Source: an uncultured Candidatus Bathyarchaeia archaeon (GTDB lineage Archaea > Thermoproteota > Bathyarchaeia > TCS64). From it: 64,000 nucleotides of DNA. Positions 18,460 to 27,625 of the stretch are shown one piece after another (the stretch's first letter is position 1; the number at the start of each line of letters is the position of its first letter). The notes beneath the pieces were generated by a model that did no database searches, was not told the origin of the DNA, and was given only the letters and a program-made list of their open reading frames with translations. The translations under genes were made by a program, and so were the position numbers. The stretch lies in the NCBI GenBank assembly GCA_964529745.1, contig CAZGZR010000001.1:5590-69589 (forward strand), written 5' to 3'.

Positions 18460-18485
18460 ATAACAAAAAATAATAGAAAAAGGGT
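18460..18485 (-). terminator. oligo-T tract downstream of csp (archaeal-type terminator)
   Basis: Minus strand reads CCCTTTTTCTATTATTTTTTGT, about 25-50 nt after the csp stop. Confidence 0.35.
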
Positions 18486-18509
18486 CACGGTATGTGTGGT
18501 ATTGAAAAC

Positions 18510-18719
18510 TTAGTTGTATACTATCTTCACGTTGACGGCCCTTGGGCCTTTCTCGGTCTTCTCGATCTCGAACTCGACCACGTCTCCCCGGTCGAGGTCG
18601 TAGCAGTTACGTATGTCTCTGCTGTGGCAGAAGACGTCTCTGCTGCTTCCCTCGGCCTCGATGAAACCGAAGCCGTGATCGTATAACCATTTCTTTACTA
18701 CGCCTCTCAGCTTTGTCAC
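18510..18719 (-). CDS. csp: cold-shock protein (CspA family)
   Basis: 69 aa. RNP1-like HGFGFI and RNP2-like VFCHS. GTG start. Confidence 0.85.
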   Translation of the reverse strand: MTKLRGVVKKWLYDHGFGFIEAEGSSRDVFCHSRDIRNCYDLDRGDVVEFEIEKTEKGPRAVNVKIVYN

Positions 18720-18973
18720 CTCTCAATTATAGCGTTTGATCGTATCCTTACCCACCGGATAAGTTACGCCTATAACGAAACTTATTCGTTATAAATATTT
18801 GGGATTTCACATAAAATTATTAAAAATGCTGGTGCCTGGACTCGGTTCAATGATGGCGTCTCCTGCGAAAATAGACAAGCCCGACGCCTAGTCCCGCCGA
18901 CCAGTAACGCATGACCGTGGCCTGCTGCGTCGATCGTTTTTTCCAGTATGCCGGATAATGAGTAGGGATCGAG

Positions 18974-21337
18974 TTGAACGAAAAGGAAAACCGTGAACCC
19001 GTGACCATAAGCGAGTTCACTGAGGGCATGGAGAGGCATCCCGGATACTTCACCTATTACTGGGACGATGAAATGGGCAAGATGTGGCTGGAGATCGATA
19101 AGCTTGAGACCGAGTTCCTGTATGTGACGGGCCTGAAGGCGGGGATAGGGAGCAACGACATAGGGCTTGACAGGAACCAGCTGGGCTCCACCATGATCGT
19201 CAGGTTCCAGCGCTTCGGCCCCAAGATATTGCTCACCCAGGTTAACTACAGGTACAGGGCCATCACCGATAACCCGAAGGAGTTGGAGGCCGTGGAGGAC
19301 GCCTTCGCCAAGTCGGTCGTCTGGGGCTTCGAGGTCGAGGCCGAGGAGGGTGGAAGGTTTCTGGTTGACGCTACCGGGTTCTTCCTCAGGGACGCCAAAG
19401 GGGTGCCTCAGCGGCTTAAGGAGAAGGAGCAGGGCGAGTACGAGCTGGATGGGGACCGTTCAGCCATATCCCTAGAGTCGACCAGGAACTTCCCCAAGAA
19501 CACCGAGGTGGAGGCCGTCCTGACCTTCCGTGGGAAGGAGCCGGGCGACTGGGTGAAGGCCGTGGTGCCTGATCCCGAGGCCATCACCGTGCGGGAGCAC
19601 CACAGTCTCATAGAGCTTCCAGACGACGGCTACGAGCCGAGGAGGTTCGACATTAGGTCGAGCTACTTCGGGGTCGCTTACAACGACTACGCGACGCCTG
19701 TCACGGAGCCCCTGGAGAAACGGTTCATCCGCAGGCACAGGCTCAAGAAGATGGATCCGGGCGCCGAGGTGAGCGAGCCCGTTGAGCCCATAGTGTACTA
19801 TATAGATCCGGGCATACCCGAGCCCATCAGGTCGGCGGTGGTCGAGGGAGCCCGGTGGTGGAACGACGCGTTCGAGGCGGCTGGCTACAGGGACGCTTTC
19901 AGGGTGGAGATGCTGCCCGAGGACGCGGACCCCATGGATATACGGTATAACGTGGTCAACTGGGTCCACAGGAGCACCCGTGGCTGGAGCTACGGGATGA
20001 CGGTCACCGACCCGCGGACGGGCGAGATCATCAAGGGCCACGTCAGCTTGGGAAGCCTCAGGATCAGGCAGGACTTCCTCATCGCCATGGGCCTCGTGGG
20101 TGAGTACACCGAGGAAGGCGATAACACAGGTGAGGCTCTGGTGATGGCGCTGGCCCGGATCAGGCAGCTCAGCGTCCACGAGATAGGGCACACCCTGGGG
20201 CTTGGGCACAACTACGCGTCCAACATCAACGGGCGTTCATCTGTCATGGACTACCCGGCCATGTGGGTCAAGGAGGTGGACGGCAGGCTAGACATCAGCG
20301 AAGCCTACGCCACGGGCGTAGGGGAGTGGGACCTGGTGAGCATCGAGTACGGCTACCAGGACTACCCGGAGGGGGTTGACGAGGAGAAGGAGCTGAGTCG
20401 GGTGCTGGACGACGCGTTCAAACGGGGGCTGCTGTTCCAGCCCAGCAGGGACGCCGGACCGGGGAGCGCCAGCCCCTACGCCGCGTACTGGATAAACGGG
20501 GTGGACCCAGTTGAGGAGCTCCACAGGGTAATGAGGGTTAGGCAGGTGGCCCTGGAGGGGTTCGGCGAGCACAGGGTGAGGTATGGGGCGCCGTTAGCCG
20601 AGATGGAGGAGCCCCTCGTCACGACGTACCTCTTCCACCGGTTCCAGCTGGAGGCGGCCGCCAGCGTCCTCGGCGGCCTGTACTACCACTACAAGGTCCG
20701 GGGGGACCCGCAGGAGCTGCCGAGGCTTGTGCCCGCGGAGGTGCAGACGCGGGGGCTCGGAGCCCTGCTTGAGACGATTACCCCTGAGGCGCTAGCGCTG
20801 CCCGGGTCGTTGCGGGACCTCATGCCCCCGCGTCCCCAGAGCCTGCCACAGACACGGGACCTGTTCCGGGGTAGGACGGGGCTCAGCTTCGATCCCTTGG
20901 CGGCGGCGGAGACGGCCGCTGGCATGACCGTTGGGTTGATGCTGCATCCTGAGCGCGCCGCCCGGCTGGTCGAGTACCACGCACGTGACCGGGGGCTGCC
21001 TGGGCTCGGGGAGGTCATGGACAGGCTGTTCGAGGCAACCTGGCTCACCGTCCACGAGGATGGCTACCGTCAGGAGCTCCAGAGGCTGGTCAACTACGTC
21101 GTCCTCTACCACGTGGTAGAGCTCATCAAGAACGGGGATGCCCCCCAGTCGGTGAGGAGTCTGGCCCACTACAAGCTGGCGCAACTGTACGAGCGCCTAT
21201 GTGAGGTCGAGTCTGTTGACGAGGCGCAGCTCAGCCAGCGCATGTGTCTGGGCGTTGTGCTGGGTAGGCTTGAGGATGCCCCTGAGTCTGTGAGGCTCAC
21301 GCCTCCAGCCGAGCCCCCGATGGGGGCTCCCATCTAA
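18974..21337 (+). CDS. zinc-dependent metalloprotease, metzincin-like (DUF5117/DUF4953-type architecture)
   Basis: 787 aa. Contains VHEIGHTLGLGHNY (HExxHxxGxxH). Long N-terminal beta-rich region. No obvious signal peptide. Confidence 0.65.
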   Translation: MNEKENREPVTISEFTEGMERHPGYFTYYWDDEMGKMWLEIDKLETEFLYVTGLKAGIGSNDIGLDRNQLGSTMIVRFQRFGPKILLTQVNYRYRAITDNPKELEAVEDAFAKSVVWGFEVEAEEGGRFLVDATGFFLRDAKGVPQRLKEKEQGEYELDGDRSAISLESTRNFPKNTEVEAVLTFRGKEPGDWVKAVVPDPEAITVREHHSLIELPDDGYEPRRFDIRSSYFGVAYNDYATPVTEPLEKRFIRRHRLKKMDPGAEVSEPVEPIVYYIDPGIPEPIRSAVVEGARWWNDAFEAAGYRDAFRVEMLPEDADPMDIRYNVVNWVHRSTRGWSYGMTVTDPRTGEIIKGHVSLGSLRIRQDFLIAMGLVGEYTEEGDNTGEALVMALARIRQLSVHEIGHTLGLGHNYASNINGRSSVMDYPAMWVKEVDGRLDISEAYATGVGEWDLVSIEYGYQDYPEGVDEEKELSRVLDDAFKRGLLFQPSRDAGPGSASPYAAYWINGVDPVEELHRVMRVRQVALEGFGEHRVRYGAPLAEMEEPLVTTYLFHRFQLEAAASVLGGLYYHYKVRGDPQELPRLVPAEVQTRGLGALLETITPEALALPGSLRDLMPPRPQSLPQTRDLFRGRTGLSFDPLAAAETAAGMTVGLMLHPERAARLVEYHARDRGLPGLGEVMDRLFEATWLTVHEDGYRQELQRLVNYVVLYHVVELIKNGDAPQSVRSLAHYKLAQLYERLCEVESVDEAQLSQRMCLGVVLGRLEDAPESVRLTPPAEPPMGAPI

Positions 21338-21728
21338 ACCTTCTCCAAGTATTTTTCTGTAGCTTGGTGGGTTCGTTGTTCCTGTTTGTGGGGGTCCCGG
21401 GAAACGGGCTCGCTGATGTGATTGGGATGAGCGGCTTGCCTTCGAGGACGTGTTTATTCGTCCAGCGGGTCTAGTAGCCTGTATTTTTTATGTGGGTGCC
21501 TTTGTCTGAACTCTTTGATGGCGTCGGTTTTTGAGGCGGCCTCTATGGCTACTATCATGTATTTTGTGTCCAGGCTGGACCAGTACTCGAACTCGTATCT
21601 CAAGGTGGGGTTCCTCCTTGGTTGTTATCCTGTGTATGGAGATGAGTTTTATGGTTGGGGACCGGCTCGGGAAAAGGGGTGCCTTCGATGGCTGGGATAT
21701 ATGCGTGAACGTGTGGGAAACATAATTA

Positions 21729-22619
21729 TTGAATGGTCTTTCAGATGGTAATGTGATGCACTTGGACACCGTTGCTTTCTTGAGGTGCCGTGGAGATTTC
21801 AGGGAGACTCTTGGGGAGGCCGTAGAACTCATCGGGGGGGTGGGGGATCTGGGGTCCCCGCTCATACTGAAGCCAAACATCTGCACGGGCAACGACCACA
21901 CCGGCTGCGCCAACGTGAAGGTGGAGGCGGTAGAGGCCCTCGTGGACTGCGTCCTCAGGGAGGATCCGGGCATCGAGATCAGGATCGTGGAGTCCGACAG
22001 CATGTCCAAGTACGCCGACAAGGCCTTCGAGAGGTACGGCTACACGGCCTTCGTGGACCGGCTACGCGGCCTGGGGGCGGACGTCTCCATCGTTAACCTG
22101 AGCAGGTCGCCGTTGACGGGGTTCAGGTTCGACGGGCGCTACTTCGAGGACCCGATGCTGCCCGCCCCGCTGGCGGACGCGGGGGGCTTCGCGTCGGTGG
22201 CCCTCGCCAAGACCCACAGCCTCACCATGGTCACGGGCTGCCTCAAGAACATGTTCGGCCTCCTTCCCCGGAAGGACCAGTCTTTCTACCACCCGGATAT
22301 ACATGGGGTCATACTGGACCTTAACACGTTGTTCAGGAGCGGCCTGTGTCTGATAGACGGCAGGACCGGCCTGGAGGGTGTCATAAGCGGCAGGCCCCGG
22401 AGCCTAGGATGCGTGATCCTGGGCCGGAACCCGGTGTCGGTGGACGCCACCATGGCGAGGGTCATGGGGTTCGACCCCGGGAGGATCAGGCACATCGTGG
22501 AAGCCGGGAGCCGCGGGCTCGGGAGCCTGCATCCTAGGGTCGTCGGCGACGACGTGGAGGCTTCCCGCGTGGAGTTCAGGGCTCCGTCTGGTTTGAGGGC
22601 CGACGCGGTTCTGGGGTGA
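21729..22619 (+). CDS. DUF362-like protein
   Basis: 296 aa. ILKPNICTG-type motif near the N-terminus, as in DUF362 proteins. True start may be the ATG at about 21756. Confidence 0.45.
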   Translation: MNGLSDGNVMHLDTVAFLRCRGDFRETLGEAVELIGGVGDLGSPLILKPNICTGNDHTGCANVKVEAVEALVDCVLREDPGIEIRIVESDSMSKYADKAFERYGYTAFVDRLRGLGADVSIVNLSRSPLTGFRFDGRYFEDPMLPAPLADAGGFASVALAKTHSLTMVTGCLKNMFGLLPRKDQSFYHPDIHGVILDLNTLFRSGLCLIDGRTGLEGVISGRPRSLGCVILGRNPVSVDATMARVMGFDPGRIRHIVEAGSRGLGSLHPRVVGDDVEASRVEFRAPSGLRADAVLG

Positions 22620-22911
22620 GGATGGGCTTTCAGGTTGGTATCTGTATCCGTGGTATGGAGCCGGGTTCCACCGTCTTTAAACGTGGGTCCGATTGACGCG
22701 GAGACGTGGTTGAGAGAGATAGAGTGGTGATCGATGACCGGGATCACACTATACGCGGTTTCGGTGGCGTCGATGTCCGGCGGTTTATCCGTCAGGACGA
22801 CAGGGTGAGGGGGTTCATCTACAGGGTCATAGAGGACCTGTAGTCGTGGTGCTGGCGTGTGGCTTGGTTCGGGGGGAAACCCTCTTTTACCCCGGTTCCT
22901 CTGGGTGTTTC

Positions 22912-23298
22912 ATGAGATCTTTCATCAAGGTGATGGGTCCGCCTCTCTTGGAGGCCGTGAGGGCGCTGGAGAAGATCGCTGTGGACATGCCGCAGGTCTG
23001 TGTGATGGATGAGGCTATCCTGCTTGATGTCCCCCGTGCCGTGGCGAGGGATATAGGTGAGCCTTTCGAGTATCCTGATTATGTCTCGGATTTCTTCACT
23101 CGTAGGACGGGTGTGAGCGTCAAGACCGAGAGGTGTCACAACATCATCAGCGAGTCGGGTGAGGAGCTGGGGGAGTACGACTTCTTCTTCGAGTGGTTCG
23201 AGGAGCCTAGCTTGGGGCAGCTCAACCAGTTGGTGGAGAAGGTTGACGCGGCTCTGGGGTCCCTGGGGTGTCTGTACTCCATAACGACCAGGAAGTAG
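22912..23298 (+). CDS. hypothetical protein
   Basis: Start moved to the first ATG (MRSFIKVMGPPLLEA). The table ORF begins at a GTG. Acidic C-terminal half. No motif recognised. Confidence 0.35.
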   Translation: MRSFIKVMGPPLLEAVRALEKIAVDMPQVCVMDEAILLDVPRAVARDIGEPFEYPDYVSDFFTRRTGVSVKTERCHNIISESGEELGEYDFFFEWFEEPSLGQLNQLVEKVDAALGSLGCLYSITTRK

Positions 23299-23340
23299 TT
23301 TCTTACCTCTAGTCGCTGGGCGGGTGGAGTCTGCTTTTTC

Positions 23341-23373
23341 CTTATAATTGGTTACTTATTATAAGCGTTTTTT
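23341..23373 (+). terminator. hairpin (8-bp stem CTTATAAT/ATTATAAG, 9-nt loop TGGTTACTT) followed by T6; start of repeat copy 1
   Basis: Seen in sequence. Sits directly after the stop of 22912-23298. A homologous copy with compensatory stem changes lies at 37506-37538. Confidence 0.45.
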
Positions 23374-23530
23374 CGGGTGGGGGTTCAGCGTATGTGTGAG
23401 GCGTGGCTGTGCGGGTGTTTTTGGTTTAGGTGTTGTTGTTTTTCTTTGTGAAGGTGCGTCTTCCGTTGAACGGGGGGGGGGGCAGCTGTTTTTAGTTGGT
23501 TTCATTGTTTTTTGGTTGGTGGTTTCGTGT
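23374..23530 (+). repeat. G+T-rich repeat body, copy 1 (contains a G12 run)
   Basis: Shares GGTTTCATTG(G)TTTTTTGGTT-type segments with 37539-37680. Overlaps the low-complexity C-terminus of the GAF gene on the opposite strand. Confidence 0.4.
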
Positions 23531-24329
23531 GTTTGGGCGGTGAAGGGGTCAGCTTGGCCGTTATGCCGTCGTAGGTCTTCATGGCCTTTATGCCTTCGTC
23601 GGTGATCTTGTATGCGTATCGGGCGGCGGATATCTTTTCTCTTCTGAGGTAGCCCTTGGTGACCAGGTTGTTCACCATCTCCTTGCCGCGTTTCCAGGGC
23701 AGGACCACCCTGTGGATTATCCTGTTGAGTACCGTTTCGCCGTTGTAGGCGGCGACGAGGATGCCGTAGTAGTTGTCCATGGTGGACCGGTTCTTGACGC
23801 TGTAGAGCTCCCACGGCTTGCCTGTCGGCGCCTCTACCCGTACCCTGTGTATGGCTTCCGCGATCTCGTGTGCATACGCCTCGGTCAGCCTCCTGTCCTC
23901 GTCCGTGAAGCGGCCGGGTTGGCGGCACTCCAGGTTGATTGTGCCCAGGGTCTCGCCCCCGTGCATGAGGGGGACGCATAGCTCGGAGAGCATGGTGACG
24001 GCGTCGCGGCCGTCGCCGGGGAAGTAGTCGGGGTCCAGGCGTGTGTCGTTTACGAGCTGGGTCTCCCCGGTCTTGACGGTCCGCGTGTTTATGCTGGGCC
24101 AGTCCAGTTTGAGGTCGATTATCACCCGTTCGCCTATTGTGGTGACGGACTTGAGGGTGTCGCCCTCGATGACCGCCAGGGCGATCTTGTCTGTGGGTAT
24201 GGTGGAGTGGAGCATGGTGGTGGCGAACATGGCCACGTCCTCCAGGATGGTGTACTGGGCAAGCGTGTAACGCATGAAGCTCAGCTTGGCCCCGATATCA
24301 CCCTTCCCGCGTGATATCTCGTGGGACAT
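23502..24329 (-). CDS. GAF domain protein with C-terminal winged-helix DNA-binding domain
   Basis: 275 aa. GAF-like core (…ETQLVNDTRLDPDYFPGDGRDAVTMLSELCVPLMHGGETLGTINLE…). C-terminal wHTH (NNLVTKGYLRREKISAARYAYKITDEG). Confidence 0.6.
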   Translation of the reverse strand: MSHEISRGKGDIGAKLSFMRYTLAQYTILEDVAMFATTMLHSTIPTDKIALAVIEGDTLKSVTTIGERVIIDLKLDWPSINTRTVKTGETQLVNDTRLDPDYFPGDGRDAVTMLSELCVPLMHGGETLGTINLECRQPGRFTDEDRRLTEAYAHEIAEAIHRVRVEAPTGKPWELYSVKNRSTMDNYYGILVAAYNGETVLNRIIHRVVLPWKRGKEMVNNLVTKGYLRREKISAARYAYKITDEGIKAMKTYDGITAKLTPSPPKHTKPPTKKQ

Positions 24330-24451
24330 TGTAGAAAATGGAAGCTGGTGGACATATAAAAGTCAATGTGTCGTTCGTCGCCACAAAACCGGAGCGTCAC
24401 GTTCCTTTGCCCAGAACCATGAAATACGCAGATAGCCGTTATCTTAAACGG

Positions 24452-25240
24452 ATGGTTATGCCTTTCAAGGACCTGATAGTCGAGAGGGAGGGTAGGAGGC
24501 TCCTGGTCAAGATAAACAGGCCGGAGGTGCTCAACGCGCTACGGGGGGAGACCTTCCTGGAGCTGGAGGAGGCGCTCAGGATGCTGGAGGACTCGGACGA
24601 GGCCGGGGCCATGATAATCACCGGGGCGGGGGACAGGGCGTTCTCGGCGGGGGGAGACATCAAGGCCCTCGCCGGGATGGGGCCGGCCGACGCGGCCCAG
24701 TTCGCCGCCATGACCCACAGGGTCCTGGATAGGCTGGAGCGGGTCCCCAAGCCCGTCATAGCGGCGGTGAACGGCTACGCCCTGGGGGCCGGGTGCGACC
24801 TCGTCGCCGCGTGCGACCTTGTGGTGGCGTCCGAGAGGGCCAGGTTCGGGGAGCCCATGGCGGGGCTGGGGATAACGACGCCCTTCGGCGGCTCCCAGAG
24901 GCTCCCCCGCATAGTCGGCCCCAGGAGGGCGAAAGAACTGTTCCTCACGGGAGACGTCATCGACGCCGTGGAGGCTCACAGGATCGGCCTGGCTAACAGG
25001 GTCGTCGAGCACGGAGAACTGCTGCAGGAGGCGGGGAGGCTGGCGGACAGGGTGCTTGAGCGGGCGCCCATAGCCGTGGGCTACTTCAAGCGGCTCATAA
25101 ACCACAGCGTCTACGGGGGCCTGGGTGAGGGCGACGAGCTGGAGCAGGAGCTGTTCGCGCGGTGCTTCGAGACCGCGGACAAGGCCGAGGGGGTGGCCGC
25201 GTTCCTCGAGAAGAGGAAGCCGGTGTTCAAGGGCAGGTAA
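24452..25240 (+). CDS. enoyl-CoA hydratase/isomerase (crotonase family)
   Basis: Start set at the ATG of MVMPFKDLIVEREGRRLLVKINRPEVLNAL. Oxyanion-hole motifs ITGAGDRAFSAGGDIK and GYALGAGCDL. Confidence 0.8.
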   Translation: MVMPFKDLIVEREGRRLLVKINRPEVLNALRGETFLELEEALRMLEDSDEAGAMIITGAGDRAFSAGGDIKALAGMGPADAAQFAAMTHRVLDRLERVPKPVIAAVNGYALGAGCDLVAACDLVVASERARFGEPMAGLGITTPFGGSQRLPRIVGPRRAKELFLTGDVIDAVEAHRIGLANRVVEHGELLQEAGRLADRVLERAPIAVGYFKRLINHSVYGGLGEGDELEQELFARCFETADKAEGVAAFLEKRKPVFKGR

Positions 25241-25333
25241 TTTCATTACGTTGGTTAAACTCGACGGAGGACCCTGGCGTAAATATGCGTGACGCTCAAG
25301 GGTATCAACGGCGTTGCCTTGATGGTGAATGTT

Positions 25334-25852
25334 TCACTGGAGAATGGTTTGGAGTATTTGGAGGGTGTTTTCTTCCTCCGCTTTCTGCTTGACCTTTTCG
25401 GTATCGATTTGAGTGTACTCTAGTATCGACTTTACGTCATCCTTGTCCTTGGCAGTCTTAGCCGGGTCTATTGTTGCCCTTATCATCCTCAACTTGGCCA
25501 GTATAAGGGACTCCGGCGTCTGTACGTAGGTTGGCTGGCCCAGCAGGGTGCAGGGCCTCTTCTCCAACCGCTCCCCTGTCAAGATTAAGTCCACCGTGTA
25601 GGGGGAAAGGGTGTCCTGGAGGGTGGCTATGTTGTACCCTGTTTCAAGCGCGTCTCTGAGCCTCTGCTCGTCTACCTGCAGCCGCGTCTCCCGTAGGGCG
25701 TGCACCAGTTTTCCTTGGCCGGCGCCGCGTAGAGAGACTATTATGTCTATGTCCATGGTGGTTCTGGGGGTCCCGTAATAGCTTGCGGCCAGCGCCCCCG
25801 TGAACATGTAGTCTTGCTGAGTCTGGTTGAGCCGCGTTATGAGGCGTCTCAC
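25334..25852 (-). CDS. nucleotidyltransferase-fold protein (minimal NTase, GA...DIDII motif); possible TA component
   Basis: 172 aa, GTG start. GALAASYYGTPRTTMDIDIIV matches the G[SA]x9-13DxD pol-beta NTase motif. Confidence 0.5.
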   Translation of the reverse strand: MRRLITRLNQTQQDYMFTGALAASYYGTPRTTMDIDIIVSLRGAGQGKLVHALRETRLQVDEQRLRDALETGYNIATLQDTLSPYTVDLILTGERLEKRPCTLLGQPTYVQTPESLILAKLRMIRATIDPAKTAKDKDDVKSILEYTQIDTEKVKQKAEEENTLQILQTILQ

Positions 25853-25873
25853 CAGGCCTTGGAATGTGTCCAG

Positions 25874-25996
25874 TTAGGTTCTCCTCTCCTGAATTCGTCT
25901 GCGCAGCTCGGCGGCTACCTCTTCCTCGGTCATGCCGGGGTTTTGCGCCCGTATCCCCTCGGCGCATATCGCCGTGACTGCCTCGGTCATCTCCAT
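25874..25996 (-). CDS. small ORF upstream of and in frame with the NTase gene (MEMTEAVTAICAEGIRAQNPGMTEEEVAAELRRRIQERRT)
   Basis: Self-derived. Separated from the NTase reading frame by a single TAA and 7 sense codons. Could extend to a TTG at about 26043. Confidence 0.3.
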   Translation of the reverse strand: MEMTEAVTAICAEGIRAQNPGMTEEEVAAELRRRIQERRT

Positions 25997-26165
25997 CGCG
26001 AGCCTGGTTTTTTCTTCTGGAGACAGCCGGAGCTTCTTCAACTAGCCTCAAGTTGTTTCTGGTGTTCTTGTTGCTTTAAGTGTTGTTGAGCGTTTTTCGA
26101 GGTTCGACTTTTGATCCGGGTGTTATAGGCCGCTTTGGTGCTTGAAAGGGTTCAGGATCCCTTAG

Positions 26166-27560
26166 TCAATGCTCCGCTGAAAGATGGTTGGTGAACTCGT
26201 TGATGTCGGAGTACTCTGTGATGCGTTTAATCTCCTCGTAGATGGTTCTTGACTTCTCTTCGCTGTGGACGAAGCTGGAGCACTCCATGAACTTGTCTTC
26301 GACGTCTCTTTCCCGTAGCGGTTTCTCGGGGGTGCCCCTCGCGTCCTCGGCTAGGCGGGTGAACACTCTTCCGTCGGTTAGCTCCACCTCCACGACGCTC
26401 CTCATCTTTTCTGTCCCCATGCGGGCTATCTCGGGGTCGTTTATGGTCTTGACCCGGCGCATCGTCTCCCGTACCATTGGGCTGTTGACGAACTCGTCGG
26501 TGTACTCCCTGAGGCCGGCCCTGCCCTTGAGCAGGATGCTGGACAGCCCGAACTGGAGGCTGAACTTGGCCTCAAGCTCGTTCACGGGTGCCTGGTAGCG
26601 AAGAGGCTCCAGTATGTTGGGGCCGGCGCGGAGCCTGACCTCCTTGACGTTGTCTGGTGTCAGGTGGTGCTCCTCCACCATCTCCAAGAGGGCGTCCATG
26701 CTAGGCTGGCCCAGGGAGCCACACGGGTACATCTTCAGCGTGGCCCCGGGTTCTATGATGGAGTAGGGGTTGCCCAGCTTCCCCGTTATTCTGTCCCTGT
26801 CGTAGCCGCCTCCAAGCACCTGGAAGAAGCCCCACCGCCCGTCCAGGGCGTCGGTGTCCGCCGTGTACCCCATCCTCGCCAAGGCCGCGGCGGTGACGCC
26901 GTTCATGGCGGCCCTCCCCGCGTGGAGGGGCTTGGTCATGGTCCCGAAGTTGACCCTTATCCCCGACGCCAGGCTCGACGTTATGCCCAGGCCGTGCCTC
27001 ATCTCCGTCTCGTCGAGTCCATTCAACGTGGCCGCCGCCGCGTAGGCGCCGAACGTGCCGACGGTGGCCGTTGTGTGGAAGCCTTCACGGTAGTGTCTGG
27101 GGTTGATGGCCTCCGCCATCTTGCACTCCACCTCGAACCCGGCGATGAATGCCTCGACGAGTGCCGAGCCGCTGCAGTGGACCTGCTCCCCCACGGCGAG
27201 GGCGGCGGCCAGCGCCGGGACGGTGGGGTGGGTCAGCAGGCCGTATATCCTGTCCGGGGAGGAGGCGAGCTGGGTGTCGTCGTAGTCGTCGGCGTGGCCG
27301 CTCGCGCCGTTCACGAGGGCGGCGAAGGAAGGCGCAGCCCTAGCGTCGAAGCCGATGAGGGTGGATGTGGATGGCCTCGTCTCCTCGAGGGCGTAAGTGG
27401 CAAGCTTCACGGCGCAATCCGTCCGTGAGCCCGCGAGCATCACCGCCAACCCGTCGGTGATGTGGGTGATGGCCTTGGCCTTCAAAGGTTCACTGATTTT
27501 CTTCTTCCTCATCAGGAACCCCACTATCTCGGAGCTGCAGGTGTCGGTCATAGAATCCAT
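26166..27560 (-). CDS. MmgE/PrpD family protein (2-methylcitrate dehydratase-like)
   Basis: 464 aa. Overall architecture and conserved stretches typical of PrpD/MmgE. Confidence 0.8.
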   Translation of the reverse strand: MDSMTDTCSSEIVGFLMRKKKISEPLKAKAITHITDGLAVMLAGSRTDCAVKLATYALEETRPSTSTLIGFDARAAPSFAALVNGASGHADDYDDTQLASSPDRIYGLLTHPTVPALAAALAVGEQVHCSGSALVEAFIAGFEVECKMAEAINPRHYREGFHTTATVGTFGAYAAAATLNGLDETEMRHGLGITSSLASGIRVNFGTMTKPLHAGRAAMNGVTAAALARMGYTADTDALDGRWGFFQVLGGGYDRDRITGKLGNPYSIIEPGATLKMYPCGSLGQPSMDALLEMVEEHHLTPDNVKEVRLRAGPNILEPLRYQAPVNELEAKFSLQFGLSSILLKGRAGLREYTDEFVNSPMVRETMRRVKTINDPEIARMGTEKMRSVVEVELTDGRVFTRLAEDARGTPEKPLRERDVEDKFMECSSFVHSEEKSRTIYEEIKRITEYSDINEFTNHLSAEH

Positions 27561-27625
27561 GTGTTAGTGTTGACCACGTTTTTAGAGTTTATCTATGCGT
27601 ACACACCTGAGCGCTACGAAGGGGA

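Noticed and set aside
19472-20209. 245-aa antisense ORF inside the metalloprotease gene (also 19990-20211, 20288-20572, 20689-21184)
   Set aside because: Pro/Arg/Gly-rich, typical high-GC antisense artefact. The sense strand has a clear HExxH protease.
21488-22021. 177-aa minus-strand ORF overlapping the DUF362 gene start region
   Set aside because: Ser/Thr/Pro-rich with no motif. Overlaps a better-supported plus-strand gene. Kept only as a remote possibility.
23359-23979. 206-aa minus-strand ORF (out of frame) across the repeat and the GAF gene
   Set aside because: Extremely Arg/Gly/Pro/Gln-rich low-complexity product. The GAF reading frame is the real gene.
24539-25246. 235-aa ORF antisense to the crotonase gene
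   Set aside because: Arg/Pro/Gly-rich low-complexity translation. The sense gene has clear enoyl-CoA hydratase motifs.
26664-27428. 254-aa ORF antisense to PrpD/MmgE
   Set aside because: Gly/Arg-rich artefact of GC-rich antisense strand.
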